A stretch of DNA of 64,000 bases from the human T2T-CHM13v2.0 reference genome, Homo sapiens: NCBI RefSeq assembly GCF_009914755.1, contig NC_060929.1. One strand, 5' to 3'. The first letter of the stretch is position 1, and each line of letters starts with the position of its first letter. A program made the translations under genes and the position numbers. Under the pieces are notes generated by a model. The model did no database searches. It saw only the letters and a program-made list of their open reading frames with translations, and was not told the DNA's origin. Below, piece by piece: positions 32,483-46,830 of this stretch.

Positions 32483-34382
32483 TTTTCTTTTGTATTTTTT
32501 TATTATTATACTTTAAGTTCTAGGGTACATGTGCACAACATGCAGGTTTGTTACATAGGTATACATGTGCCATGTTGGTTTGCTGCACCCATCAACTCAT
32601 CATTTACATTAGGTATTTCTCCTAATGCTATCCCTCCTCTAGACCCCCACCCCGCAACAGGCCCCAGTGTGTGATGTTGCCCTCCCTGTGTCCATGTGTT
32701 CTCATTGTTCAGCTCCCACTAATCAGAGAGAACACGTGTTGTTTGGTTTTCTGTCTTTGTGATATTTTGCTGAGACTGATGGTTTCCAGCTTCATCCATG
32801 TCCCTGCAAAGGACATGAACTCATCCTGTTTTATGGCTGCATAGTATTCCATGGTGTATATGTGCCACATTTTCTTGATCCAGTCTATCATTGATGGACA
32901 TTTGGGTTGGTTCCAAGTCTTTGTTATTGTGAATAGTGCTGCAATAAACATACGTGTCCATGTGTCTTTATAGTAGCATGATTTATAATCCTTGGGTATA
33001 TACCCAGTAATGGGATTGCTGAGTCAAATGGTATTTCTAGTTCTAGATCCTTGAGGAATCGCCATACTGTCTTCCACAATGGTTGAACTAATTTACACTC
33101 CCACCAACGGTGTAAAACTGTTCTATTTCTCCACATCCTCTCCAGTATCTGTTGTTTCCTGACTTTTTAATGATCACCGTTCTAACTGGCATGAGATGGT
33201 ATCTCATTGTGGTTTTGATTTGCATTTCTCTGATGACCAGTGATGATGAGCATTTTTTCATGTGTCTGTTGGCTGCATAAATGTCTTCTTTTGAGAAGTG
33301 TCTGTTCATATCCTTTGCCCACTTTTTGATGGGGTTGTTTTTTTTCTTGTAAATTTGTTTAAGTTCTTTGTAGACTCTGGATATTAGCCCTTTGTCAGAT
33401 GGGTAGATTGCAAAATTTTTCTCCCATTCTGTAGATTGCCTGTTCACTCTGATGATAGTTTCTTTTGCTGTGCAGAAGCTCTTTAGTTTAATTAGATCCC
33501 ATTTGTCAATTTTGGCTTTTGTTGCCATTGCTTTTGGTGTTTTAGTCATGAAGTCATTACCCATGCCTATGTCCTGAATAGTACTGCCTAGGTTTTCTTC
33601 TAGGGTTTTTATGGTTTTAGGTCTAACATTTAAGTCTTTAATTTATCTTGAGTTAATTTTTGTATAACGTGTAAGGAAGGGATCCAGTTTCAGCTTTCTA
33701 CATATGGCTAGCCAGTTTTCCCAGCACTATTTGTTAAATAGGGAATCCTTTCCCCATGTCTTGTTTTTGTCAGGTTTGTCAAAGATCAGATGGTTGTAGA
33801 TGTGTGGTGTTATTTCTGAGGCTCTGTTCTGTTCCATTGGTCTATATATCTGTTTTGTTACCAGTACCATGCGTTTTGGTTACTGTAGCCTTATAGTTTA
33901 AAGTCAGGTGGCGTGATACCTCCTGCTTTATTCTTTTGGCTTAGGATTGTTTTGGCAATGTGGGCAAAAAAAAGATTTTTGGTTCCATATGAAATTTAAA
34001 GTAGTTTTTTCCAATTCTGTGAAGAAACTCAGTGGTAGCTTGATGGGGATAGCATTGAATCTATAAATTACCTTGGGCAGTATGACCGTTTTCACGATAC
34101 TGATTCTTCCTAACCATGAGCATGGAATGTTCTTCCATTTGTTTGTGTCCTCTTTTATTTCGTTGAGCAGTGGTTTGTAGTTCTCCTTGAAGAGGTCCTT
34201 CACATCCCTTGTAAGTTGGATTCCTAGGTATTTTATTCTCTTTGTAGTAATTGTGAATGGGAGTTCACTCATGATTTGGCTCTCTGTTTGTCTTTCTTGG
34301 TGTGTAGGAATGCTTGTAATTTTTGCACATTGATTTTGTATCCTGAGACTTTGCTGAAGTTGCTTATCAGATTAAGATTTTT
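32483..34382 (-). mobile_element. 5'-truncated L1PA (about L1PA6-8)
   Basis: ORF2 C-terminal peptides and 3'UTR on the minus strand; TSD gaatgacccaaat (32412-32424 / 34383-34395). Confidence 0.96.
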
Positions 34383-34727
34383 GAATGACCCAAATTTTTA
34401 TGCTCTGAATATCTTGGTTAAGCATTAACAATGAATGCCTAAAAACACATAAATTAAAATTTTTACTTAATAGCAGGTAAAAATTTTAACTGCCTAAGAA
34501 ATACACTACAGAAACATAAAACTGCATAAAACATTTATACTAAAACAAGTAATCAAATGACAAAATCACCACACTTAATGACAAAAAGCCCAACATTCCA
34601 GCAGCCCTGTTATATAATATCAGGTTAAATATTTTATCTTATTACATCATTACAAAGTGATACTACATTTTACCACAGAGGCAAAAAAGGAACTAGTCAC
34701 TAGGTAATATGAAAGGAGATCTATACA

Positions 34728-35318
<591 letters not shown>

Positions 35319-35710
35319 GGAGATACAATTTGTGATATAGTTGGGACTGTGAATTGAGATTAAGATGTTCTTAACTCCTAGACTGGATTGTAGAGAAAAC
35401 TGTAAATGTTTTAACACACTAGTGTTTCTACTGCCAAATTCCTGTTATCTCATTAATTGCATTCCATATACACCTTTTGCAAATGTTTACCATATAGTCT
35501 GTGTTTCCCAAACTTTGGGTATTTGACCATGTGATCCCTTTTAATATGTTTGAGAAATGCAGAATTTGTCCTTAAATATTTATTCCAGATATGAAGTAAA
35601 TCAGCATGATTCTATAACCAGTAGCAAATATAAAAGCAATCATTCCTAAATAGGATCAAATTGCCTCCAACTTAGAACCATATAAAATATAAGGTCTATT
35701 TCAACATTAG

Positions 35711-36022
<312 letters not shown>

Positions 36023-36189
36023 TCCTGTGCTTATTTCTAGTTTGCTTATTATAAACAAGTAAAATTTAAAATGTCCTTATATATCTGATAACTAGTAATA
36101 TGCTGAAAGTTATCATGGATACTATGGCTCAAGTTCTGACATACAAACTTTTATTTATTTGCTGATTTTTGATAAAATGTTTGTTAGAG

Positions 36190-36413
36190 GCAGCCAGGGG
36201 ACAGCTTTCTTTCTCCCCCAAGACCAGCTTTAGAATGGTAATTGATTGTACTTAGTTCTCAGAACTTCAGAAACAATGTAATAAGTAAACAATTTCTTAA
36301 AAGTATTCTAGATAATAGCAAATGGGATTCTTTAACAACAGTACTCTGTTGCAGTGAGAGGTGATTTTTCTGAAGAATCCCAAACCTCACAATATTCTCT
36401 ATACTCCAGCCCC
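36190..36413 (-). pseudogene. Dynein-like exon remnant: AAA1 Walker A region, inside the SMIM15 distal 3'UTR
   Basis: KESHLLLSRILLRNCLLITLFLKF*ELSTINYHSKAGLGGE resembles RLVITPLTDRCY.TL..AL....G.GPAGTGKTE. Confidence 0.6.

Positions 36414-36414
<1 letters not shown>

Positions 36415-36457
<43 letters not shown>
36415..36457. repeat. (CA)n microsatellite in the SMIM15 3'UTR region
   Basis: Perfect CA run. Confidence 0.98.
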
Positions 36458-36459
<2 letters not shown>

Positions 36460-38375
36460 TAAAGTATGAATCTCACATATATAGAAAGGCTCTCTAAATG
36501 ATGGAAAAAAGTGGAAAAAAAAAGCATATGTCAAACAAATACAAAACTGGCATGTGTTAAGACTAATAAATTATAGAAAAACAGACCTTTAAATACCTTT
36601 AAGTTGTTACAACAGAACTGATGAAACCATAACTTTAGTAGGTAACTGAGAATTATGACTATATCCTTTGCTTCAATACTTTTACTCTAAAATGTGACCC
36701 TAAGTAAAACATGTACATAAATTCTTTCCATGAACAGCTTGATTGCAGAAAACCAAACATATTATAGATATATCTTAACACTGAATAATTTCAGTGCCTT
36801 GAGTTATAATGTGTTGCTCACACTGGCACCAAGTAGAGACTGATAATCTAAAAGAATAGCATTAAGTGTTATTCAAACTGGTCCATAAACATTCTCAGTG
36901 GTCCTTAGGTTCTGAGAGATACAGTCCTGAAATTTTACAAGTATGCTTAGCTGTAACTGAAATTCTAACTTGCATAACATAATGTAACTTAAAATGTTAG
37001 TTCCTCCAAAAAAAAAAAATCCAGGACCTCTTTATAAAAAATTATCAAATTTATTTTAATGTCTAGTTTCATTTTTAAACTGTAGCTGCTAGACAATTTT
37101 TTGTAATTTAAAATTCATTAATGGGTACAGAAAACATTAATAAGCTGACAGTGAATTAAATACTAACAGTGAATAAAATTATTGGACCATGCATTTATAA
37201 AAGCCATGTTTAATAGTAAAACGTTCCAGTTCTACTAAACTGAAAGAAACATCCTTTAGCTCCCTACTTCCAATTACAGCACATTCTCATTTTGATATAA
37301 TTTATCCTTTTCACCCAATCACTACTATGCCCAACAAAATGTTTCCAAATTTTATACCTTTCTTTACCACTTATGAAGTATGGCGTAACTGTTACACTTT
37401 AAGAGTTCTTTAAAAGAAATGTGAAATTTAACGTTTTACTTTGAACCTGTTTGATCAGAAAGTATTAAATATCACTACCACATGAGTTAAAACAAAGAAT
37501 GAAATAAAAAACAAATGGTGTCTTTGTAATCGGCGAATTACTTGATAAGACATTTTAACTATTTTACAGTTCTGCTTAGCACAAGAATAAACTGGGTTCC
37601 AAGGTACTACAGTGTTTGGCATTTTTACTGCAAGCTTTAAACCATAGTGTTACTCCTCTCAAGCCATCTCTAAGAAAATGGCAGTGTTTGTGAGTACAAA
37701 AATTGTTCTGTCCAGTAGGTGGTATTCTACATAGTCGAGATAAGAGAATTCTTTATAAAATTATGTTTTAAAAAATGGAAAATGACTTATAATTACCAGC
37801 TGTCTCAAAGGCTGTAATAAGAAAAATGCAGCAAATAGAAGTACTCATTAATATTATTTTGTTTTGAGAAAGCCAGAAATGATTCTAAGAAATAAACAAT
37901 AATAATAAAAGATGTAATTAATATACTGTATCCCTTTTAAGCCAAAGCACACTTTTTACCTCAAGACTGTTCTGACTTTTACATTCTTAATTTCCTTTGT
38001 CCAAAATAGGACCCCATTTTAAATAGAGTTCATTTGAATTGAGTTCATAATCTAAAGTCACTTTTCCCCACAAGATGTTTTCATTTCAGTATATAAACTG
38101 CTAAGCGGCAAATGACTAAGTCAGTTATAAAGAATTTGTACCACAGTAAATGCTAATTTACAATAACTGTCAATAGAAACCTATAAACTTCTACACCCAC
38201 GCCTAAAAGTTACTATAGTATTGAGGTCAGAACTAACATGATTCTTCCATTTGGTCAAATTTCATTTACTAAATCATACTGTCAAGAAATCCAAAGAAGA
38301 AACTTTAGTGGATTCTTCCAAAGCTGTGTAATTTTCCAAATGATTTTCCTCTGGTTGCAAAGCCTGTTCAGTCCT

Positions 38376-38600
38376 TCAATCCTTTTTTAGTCGTTTAGCT
38401 TTTGCAATGTTTTCTTGGCGTTTTTGCTTCTTCTTTTGCTCCTTCTCCCTGGCCTCAATCATCTTGGCCAATTTCCAAGACAGTACAGCACTTGCTAGGA
38501 ACAGTGGAGTAAGGGCCAAAATAACGGTTGTAAGGAAGCCATAGGGGTCCTTTGCAGCCCATTCCACAACATACTCAGCCCAAGCCTTTATATCAAACAT
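38376..38600 (-). CDS. SMIM15: Small integral membrane protein 15, 74 aa, whole CDS in the last exon
   Basis: [74 protein letters not shown], with one hydrophobic segment and a basic tail. ATG at 38600 (aagATG); acceptor with pyrimidine tract at ~38623-38680. Confidence 0.97.
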   Translation of the reverse strand: MFDIKAWAEYVVEWAAKDPYGFLTTVILALTPLFLASAVLSWKLAKMIEAREKEQKKKQKRQENIAKAKRLKKD

Positions 38601-39516
38601 CTTCACAGCAGTCTTATGAAAACTGGGGCTGGGGGAGGCGGGTGGAGAACACAGAGGAAAAAAACAGGAGAAAAGACTATGTGGTTAATCAAATTTTGAA
38701 AAAGTTTCCTCACACAACCAGTTAACTCAGGATTCCATTATCACTCAGTTTGCTTTTTTAAAAAGTACAACTTAGTACTATTGTAATAAGGACTAGTATC
38801 TCTGGTTAGGAAAAAGTAATTCATCTAGTACAGCCAGAATAGTGACACTTCAAAGAGGTAAAGTTATAGAAGATTTAAAAAAGCCATGTGACTCTGTCAT
38901 AAGGACTATGCATTCTCACATGCCTCCTATATTCAAGACAAACTTTATTTAGGAGGAGGCTTTTATAAAAATCTTGAGTTTTCTGTGGTCATTCCAGGAA
39001 ACAGCTGAATACAGTTTGTCATTTTTTGACATATCCTTAGTATTACTAATTAACAAAAATACAAATCAGCAAATTTGGTGTTTGAAAAGGACAAGCAACA
39101 GAGCATGTGAAATGCTCGCAGAGAAGGAGAGATGACTATTTCCCCGAATGGGAAGGAGAGGGTAAGGGAGTCATGACATCGCATTAATATGCCAAAGAAG
39201 CAAAAAGTACTGTGCTATTTTATGCCCTTTCAGCTTTGAGGACCTCTGTTGGAATAAGCCTAATTTAATAAATGAGAAAGTAGCCTTAACAGATGCCATG
39301 TGTTTTGTTCCTTTTTGAGTGTAAGGAAAAGGCAACTGGCAAATGAGGATTATGTGACTTGAGTGACGTTTTCTATTTTGCCCCAGAGGCTTTTCTCCCT
39401 TTCATGTTTGTGTCAACCGCTATTCAAAGTGGAGAATTAGAATACCTGGGTAGGGAATGAGTGTATATACATCCACTTACAATTTCAACTGGAATTTTTT
39501 TAAAAAAATCATCTAC

Positions 39517-39656
39517 CTTATGCTTGAGTAGTGATCCCTTAACTTTGTCCTGGTGTTATTAGTGACCCAATCACGACTTCAGATGACCCTTGGTAGTCTG
39601 TCTTCTTGAGTTCTACTGTACACATCTGAGAGACGGTTTAAATTCTGTACAATTGG
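39517..39656 (-). other. SMIM15: Probable SMIM15 5'UTR exon (140 nt)
   Basis: Minus-strand acceptor ttttgtattctttccaactag| and donor aag|gtagat, lying between the CpG island and the coding exon. Confidence 0.7.
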
Positions 39657-40399
39657 CTAGTTGGAAAGAATACAAAAAATAAAACAAAATTTAAGTCACA
39701 ATTTCAGGATAATTGTAATAAAATTTTAAATGGAAAATTTCTATATTGTATATATGCAACCTATATGACATCTAAAATTGCCTATCCGGTATAGTAACTT
39801 AATACGTTTCTTCCTCATTTGAATTTACAATTGCAAATGCCCTGTAAGAAAATCCTAATTACTGGAAATCAAGTATTTTACTAAGTTACTTATTTCAATA
39901 ATAAAATTTTTTTAGTTCATTGACATACGGGAGACAAGTTGGCTCACTGACTGACTTACACAGCGTATCCGTTCCTAGATTTTCAATTTTTATACTAAAA
40001 ATGTTGCCACTCATTTATTTACTGGATTAGGTACACCACTACAAAATCAAACAGCTCATCTTACTCTTTATAAAGGTTTTTTTGGGTCCATCATACAATT
40101 TGTGTCCTTTACTTAAAAAATTAGAAGACATAACCAAACAAATTATAGTAATTCACCCACAGTCCCATTACCCCAAGAAAACTGTGACTAGTTTTAATTA
40201 TATCTTCCCCACGATTTTCAACTGAACATACATGAAAGTGCCTAATACGTTAAATATCTTAGCTCCTGGACTTCATACGACCTCACCCATACAGTTAGAA
40301 TTAGGTACTACTGAGATCGATCTGCCTTCACCTTCTCCAGCCCAGTAGCGAATAAACAATGTAAGTTTCAGAAATAAGCAAAAGAACTTTGCAGTAAAA

Positions 40400-41430
40400 G
40401 AGCCATGGTCCACAGGCCACACATCTCCCTGCAACTCAACTTCGGACCCAAACGCTCGCGCCTCCACACTTTCAGGAATAAATCCTACTCTTCCGCCCAA
40501 AACGGATCGACCAGGCTCGATCTCCCAACCAGACCCGCGTGGCCCCTGCGGCTGCAACGGGTAGCACTTGACGGCCGTCCGCACTTCCTCCTTTGTCTTT
40601 CCCTTATTCCTTACGTTTCTCCCTTGCTCACTCTTCCCTCCTTACCCTATCGGGGCTGCAGACCCACGGAGGCCACGTTCACTCCTGCCCGTCGGCCTTG
40701 GCAAGCGCGGGCCCCTTGTCGCGCAGAGCGGAGGGTCCTGGGAGATCCTGGGTTGGCCCAGCCACACCTTGCGCCGCCGCCGTTTCTGCTGGACACCAGG
40801 AGAAAACCACGGCAGCTGCAGCCACCAACTTCCCCTACATAGCCCCACGGGATCGGATCCCACTCCCCACTCACCGCCAGACCGGAAGCAGGAAGGCGGA
40901 AGTCGCGGCCTTTGCGTCCCGCCCACAGGCGACCCGAGCCGCCAGCCGGGCGTGAGTAAGTCTAGGGCCCAGTTTCCGGCTGCGCCATTGCTGTGTGGGT
41001 CTTGGGACCTCGAGTTGGAGGACGCGGGAGGGTGGGGGCGGGGGCAGGGCAGCGCTGAGATTTCCGGGGAGCGGCAGGTGAGGCCGCGCGGGGCGGGTGA
41101 CGGCACCCGGGCGGGCTCCTTTCCAGGCTGGAGCCCGAGACTGCCACGTCCTGCGGGGACCAAGTGGTGGGCGAGGAGGCGTGGAGCGGCTTCAGGACTC
41201 GAGGAGCGGTTCCGAAGCAGCTAGGGACTTTTGCCTTTGCCCCCCGAGGTCGATCGGAAGACAACCCCCATCCCCTGCTGTAGCGGGACAGTTGGAGGGT
41301 CATGGGTGGGTGAAGTGTTTGGCTGAGGGAAACTCAGACCAAAGAGCAGCGGCAAGAAAGCAGTTGGGTCCCCACAAAACGCCCGAAGTCAAGGTGAGGG
41401 TCACACAACGACTCTTGACGATTCCGGCGA
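40400..41430. promoter_or_regulatory. CpG island / bidirectional promoter, containing SMIM15 exon 1 and the start of a divergent lncRNA
   Basis: High GC and CpG density. Clustered ETS/GABP-type CCGGAAG, GGAAG and GCGGAAGT at 40882-40903; GC boxes at ~41035-41097. Minus-strand donors at 40874 (g|gtgagt) and 40645 (g|gtaagg); plus-strand donors at 40952 and 40956. Confidence 0.9.
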
Positions 41431-41779
41431 GTTCATCCTGGTGCACATCCCACTCCATGCCTCTCTCTTCTGGTTGGACAATAGTTACATCCTTACGAAA
41501 AGGAGGCAAGCTGCTGGGCCTTGGTGGATCCACTCAACCTTGTTACCAAGGGACATGCCGCCATGCTATGTGAAAAGGGGGGTTTTGTTGTTTGTTTTTA
41601 ATTTAAGTATCTAATTCGTTTCACGAAAGAATGATCAATACTGGCCCAGAGTAAACTTGATAAGTAATTAAACTGTCAGGGCATAGAGTTCCCATAGAGG
41701 TGCTTGTTCTTTCAATACACAAATAAAGGGATGCAAAAGTCAACATGCAGAAAGGGTGAGTTAATATTGTCTTCTAATC

Positions 41780-41945
41780 TACAGGAACTGAAAGATTAGC
41801 TAATCTGGTTTGGTTGGTGACCAAATTTTGTGATTGCTTGCACTGTTTGACTACCTCTGACAAATGTTGCAAGACCTCTTCACTGATTCTCCAAAGACTA
41901 TAGAATGTTCTCTTTCAGGAGCAAGCTGCGACATGTTTAACTAGT
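41780..41945 (-). pseudogene. Dynein-like exon remnant: end of linker
   Basis: EVLQHLSEVVKQCKQSQNLVTNQTRLANLSVPVD resembles L..L..LV...L....R.KL.ALITIDVH. Confidence 0.45.
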
Positions 41946-42269
41946 TTAGGTAAAACAACAATAACTGTTATTTACCAGGGAACAGGCTTTTGGCAGATAA
42001 TCTAACGATCTACGATACTGTTCGTTGGGCATATGTTAATGTTTGTAATGTTGTATTACCAGCAGTTGTTTTCTTACTCCTTTTTATTTGAAAACCTGGA
42101 TGATAGTTTCAAAGCCTATGCTGCTTAGGCCTAGCCTGTACCTTAGTAGCCAGAAAAAGTAGACTCAGTCACTGGATTGTGTGCACTGAATACTTACTTG
42201 AGATAACTGATTTTTCTAAAACTTCCCCAAGTCTTGAATCCAAGATGTGGGCAGAATGTATTATTTTAA

Positions 42270-43125
42270 CATCCTTCGTTCCAGAGGCCAATGCGTGTTT
42301 TATTTTAATCATGATAGGTGGTTTTCCCAGTTACTGCCTCCGGATACTTGCAGTGCTGCATCCCTAGTTAAAAGCCCAGAAGTCTTGGGCAGGAAGGAAG
42401 GGCATATAAAGAGAAAGCCTTTGTAGTTCTTTAGCTGTAATCTAGACCAGGGGTCCCCAACGACGGACTGGTACCTGGTTTGCAGCCTGTTAGGAACGGG
42501 GCCGCACAGCAGGAGGTGAGCGATGGGTGAGTGAGCATTTCCGTCTAAGTTCCGCCTCCTGTCAGATCAGCAGCATCATTAGATTCTCATGGTGCGAACC
42601 GTAATGTGAACTGCATGTGCGAGGGATCTAGGTTGTGCGCTCCTTATGATAATCTAATGCCTGATGATCTGAGGTGGAACAGCTTCATCCTGAAAGCATC
42701 CCCCATCCCCGTCCATGGAAAAATTGTTTTCCACGAAACCAGTCCTGGATGCCATTAAGGTTGGAGACTGCTGATCTAGACCATGCCTTTACAATCTAAG
42801 TTTGCTCATCTAGCTTCAAGTTACAGGACAGTCTGCAAGACCAGGAACAGCATAGGGGTTGCCACAGTGGAGCTCCTTACTGCAGTCTGCATTGCCTTAA
42901 CTAAAGGTGGTGTCAGGATTGATTCAAATACTGTGAACTACTTTCCATAAAGAGAAGTCTGAGCTCGTGAACTGAGATTCACAGTTGTGGTACAGTAATG
43001 TTATGTATACTCTGATAAATCACTCTGAGTGTGTTTCCACTTAGATATGTGGAAAGCATACTAGGCAATCTCCAATGCCCTTTCAGCTTTAAAATCTGTA
43101 AATTGGACTGGATTTGGTCATTTTT
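42270..43125 (-). pseudogene. Dynein-like exon remnant: linker, interrupted by MER1B
   Basis: Acceptor tttatttaag| at 43126. DQIQSNLQILKLKGHWRLPSMLSTYLSGNTLRVIY resembles IQK.L..YLE.KR..FPRFYFLS...LL.IL; later IVKAW resembles VE.WL. Confidence 0.6.
42448..42773. mobile_element. MER1B (hAT-Charlie)
   Basis: TIRs caggggtccccaac...gttggagactgctg; 8-bp TSD atctagac (42440-42447 / 42774-42781). Confidence 0.92.
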
Positions 43126-43138
43126 CTTAAATAAATAG

Positions 43139-44060
<922 letters not shown>

Positions 44061-44329
44061 AAGATCTTATTTCTTTGTTTGAAAAGATCCTTAATCAGGT
44101 TTTTATTCTCTCAAATGTCTGTCAGAATACGAATTTAGAATAACAAGGAAATAAGGTCTGCTTTATTTACTTTTAAGAAATAAAATATTATTCATGTAAG
44201 TTTAGCCAAACTAACTAAACCTGATGCTGTTAATGAAATAGGGCCTGCCTTTGCATAAGATAATTCCTGTGTAGTATATCACACCACCAGCCTCTTCAGC
44301 ACTAGTGTACTCTATTGCAATTATATTTT

Positions 44330-44490
44330 ATAAGTAGAGCCTTATAAAATTCTTTTGTCTATTGAGAATGGAAGTCCTGTGGCAGTCCCATGCCATTTTT
44401 TTTCTTAAAAAGTATTTTTCCCTTGATTGGTGCAAAATTATATCTCATTCTAACCCATGTCAAAGTTGTAAGTAGTGAAACCAGAATAAG
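44330..44490 (-). pseudogene. Dynein-like exon remnant: linker
   Basis: SLLTTLTWVRMRYNFAPI...LPQDFHSQ*TKEFYKAL resembles W..VQ..W.YLEPIF...QLP.E..F. Confidence 0.45.
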
Positions 44491-44679
44491 ATTCAGATAA
44501 TATTAAGATAATAATATAGTTTAATAATAACAATTGAGTGTGTCTAAAAGACTTTGAGAGTTCTCTTACCTGCATCTTACTTTGATGGAATTGGTTTCTT
44601 CCCTAAATTTTATTTTGTGAGGTTTTTTACTTCCATTGAAACATAATGCAAAACATTTCTTAATAGGCACATTTATGTA

Positions 44680-45668
<989 letters not shown>

Positions 45669-46029
45669 TTATTGAGTACTTAGTATGTACCAGGTGCTGG
45701 GCTAGGTGCTTCACACTTATTATCACTAATCCTGAAACTAAACAACACCACAGGATTGTATTTTTATACTAATTTTACAGATAGGGAACCAGAGACTTTA
45801 AAAATAAAGCAGGAATTTTAAGTATATCTGGCCAAAATCTCTGCTCTTTTTTAATCGAAAAACAAAACCATTGTAGAATCAAAAAACATGCTTTCATTCT
45901 ATGAAATCAGCGTTTTTTGTCTTTCATTTTTCTTGACAAAAAATGCTGATTTTATAATATGAAAGTATGTTTTTTGATTCTATAATTGTTAACAGATAAT
46001 AACTAAAATCCCCCCAAACTTCAAAATTG

Positions 46030-46450
46030 CCTATTGCCCAGGTGGTGGCAGCATGTCTCAGAGAGCCAATGTGCTGGGGAAGGTTTTCTCCAACCTTGCC
46101 AGTTGATCGGCTTCTTCATCCCACATACATGACATTATAAACCTCTCAATTCTCTGTTGGGCTCTTTCACTGCTATTAGACCAACCCATCGGTGGTTCAT
46201 GGTCCCATTAGCCTCATCTTCTGAATGGGTCATACTCTGCCTGTTTCAGCCTATTTTCCCTGCAAAGTGTGACCAAATTGTTTTCTGGAAAACTCATTTA
46301 GGCCTATCCTATAAGTTGTTTCAGTTAGTATTTTTCCAACCATTATTAAATGTTGTTTGGCAGAAACACCTCCTAAACTGTTAGTTAATATTATTAAGAA
46401 ATGCTTGTTTAAATTAGAAGGCATGCGTCTCAAACTTTGGAATACACCAA
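46030..46450 (-). pseudogene. Dynein-like exon remnant: neck / N-terminal region 2
   Basis: ...LTNSLGGVSAKQHLIMV...IAVKEPNRELRGL / MWDEE resembles L.N..L..RHW...A.KE..LE..L...W. Confidence 0.45.
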
Positions 46451-46485
46451 TTAAAGGAGATAATGAAAAGCTTATAAAAGATAGA

Positions 46486-46830
<345 letters not shown>

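Larger units (their letters stand above)
36130..38375 (-). other. SMIM15: SMIM15 3'UTR with proximal and distal poly(A) signals
   Basis: Repeat-poor AT-rich region after the stop. Minus-strand AATAAA at 37050-37055 and 36150-36155, ATTAAA at 37209-37214. Confidence 0.7.

Noticed and set aside
38601-38606. GTG-start 2-codon extension of SMIM15
   Set aside because: The recognised protein begins at the ATG at 38600
40273-41573. Overlapping 100-218 aa ORFs on both strands
   Set aside because: Stop-codon depletion in a GC-rich CpG island; Pro/Arg/Gly-rich with no recognisable protein
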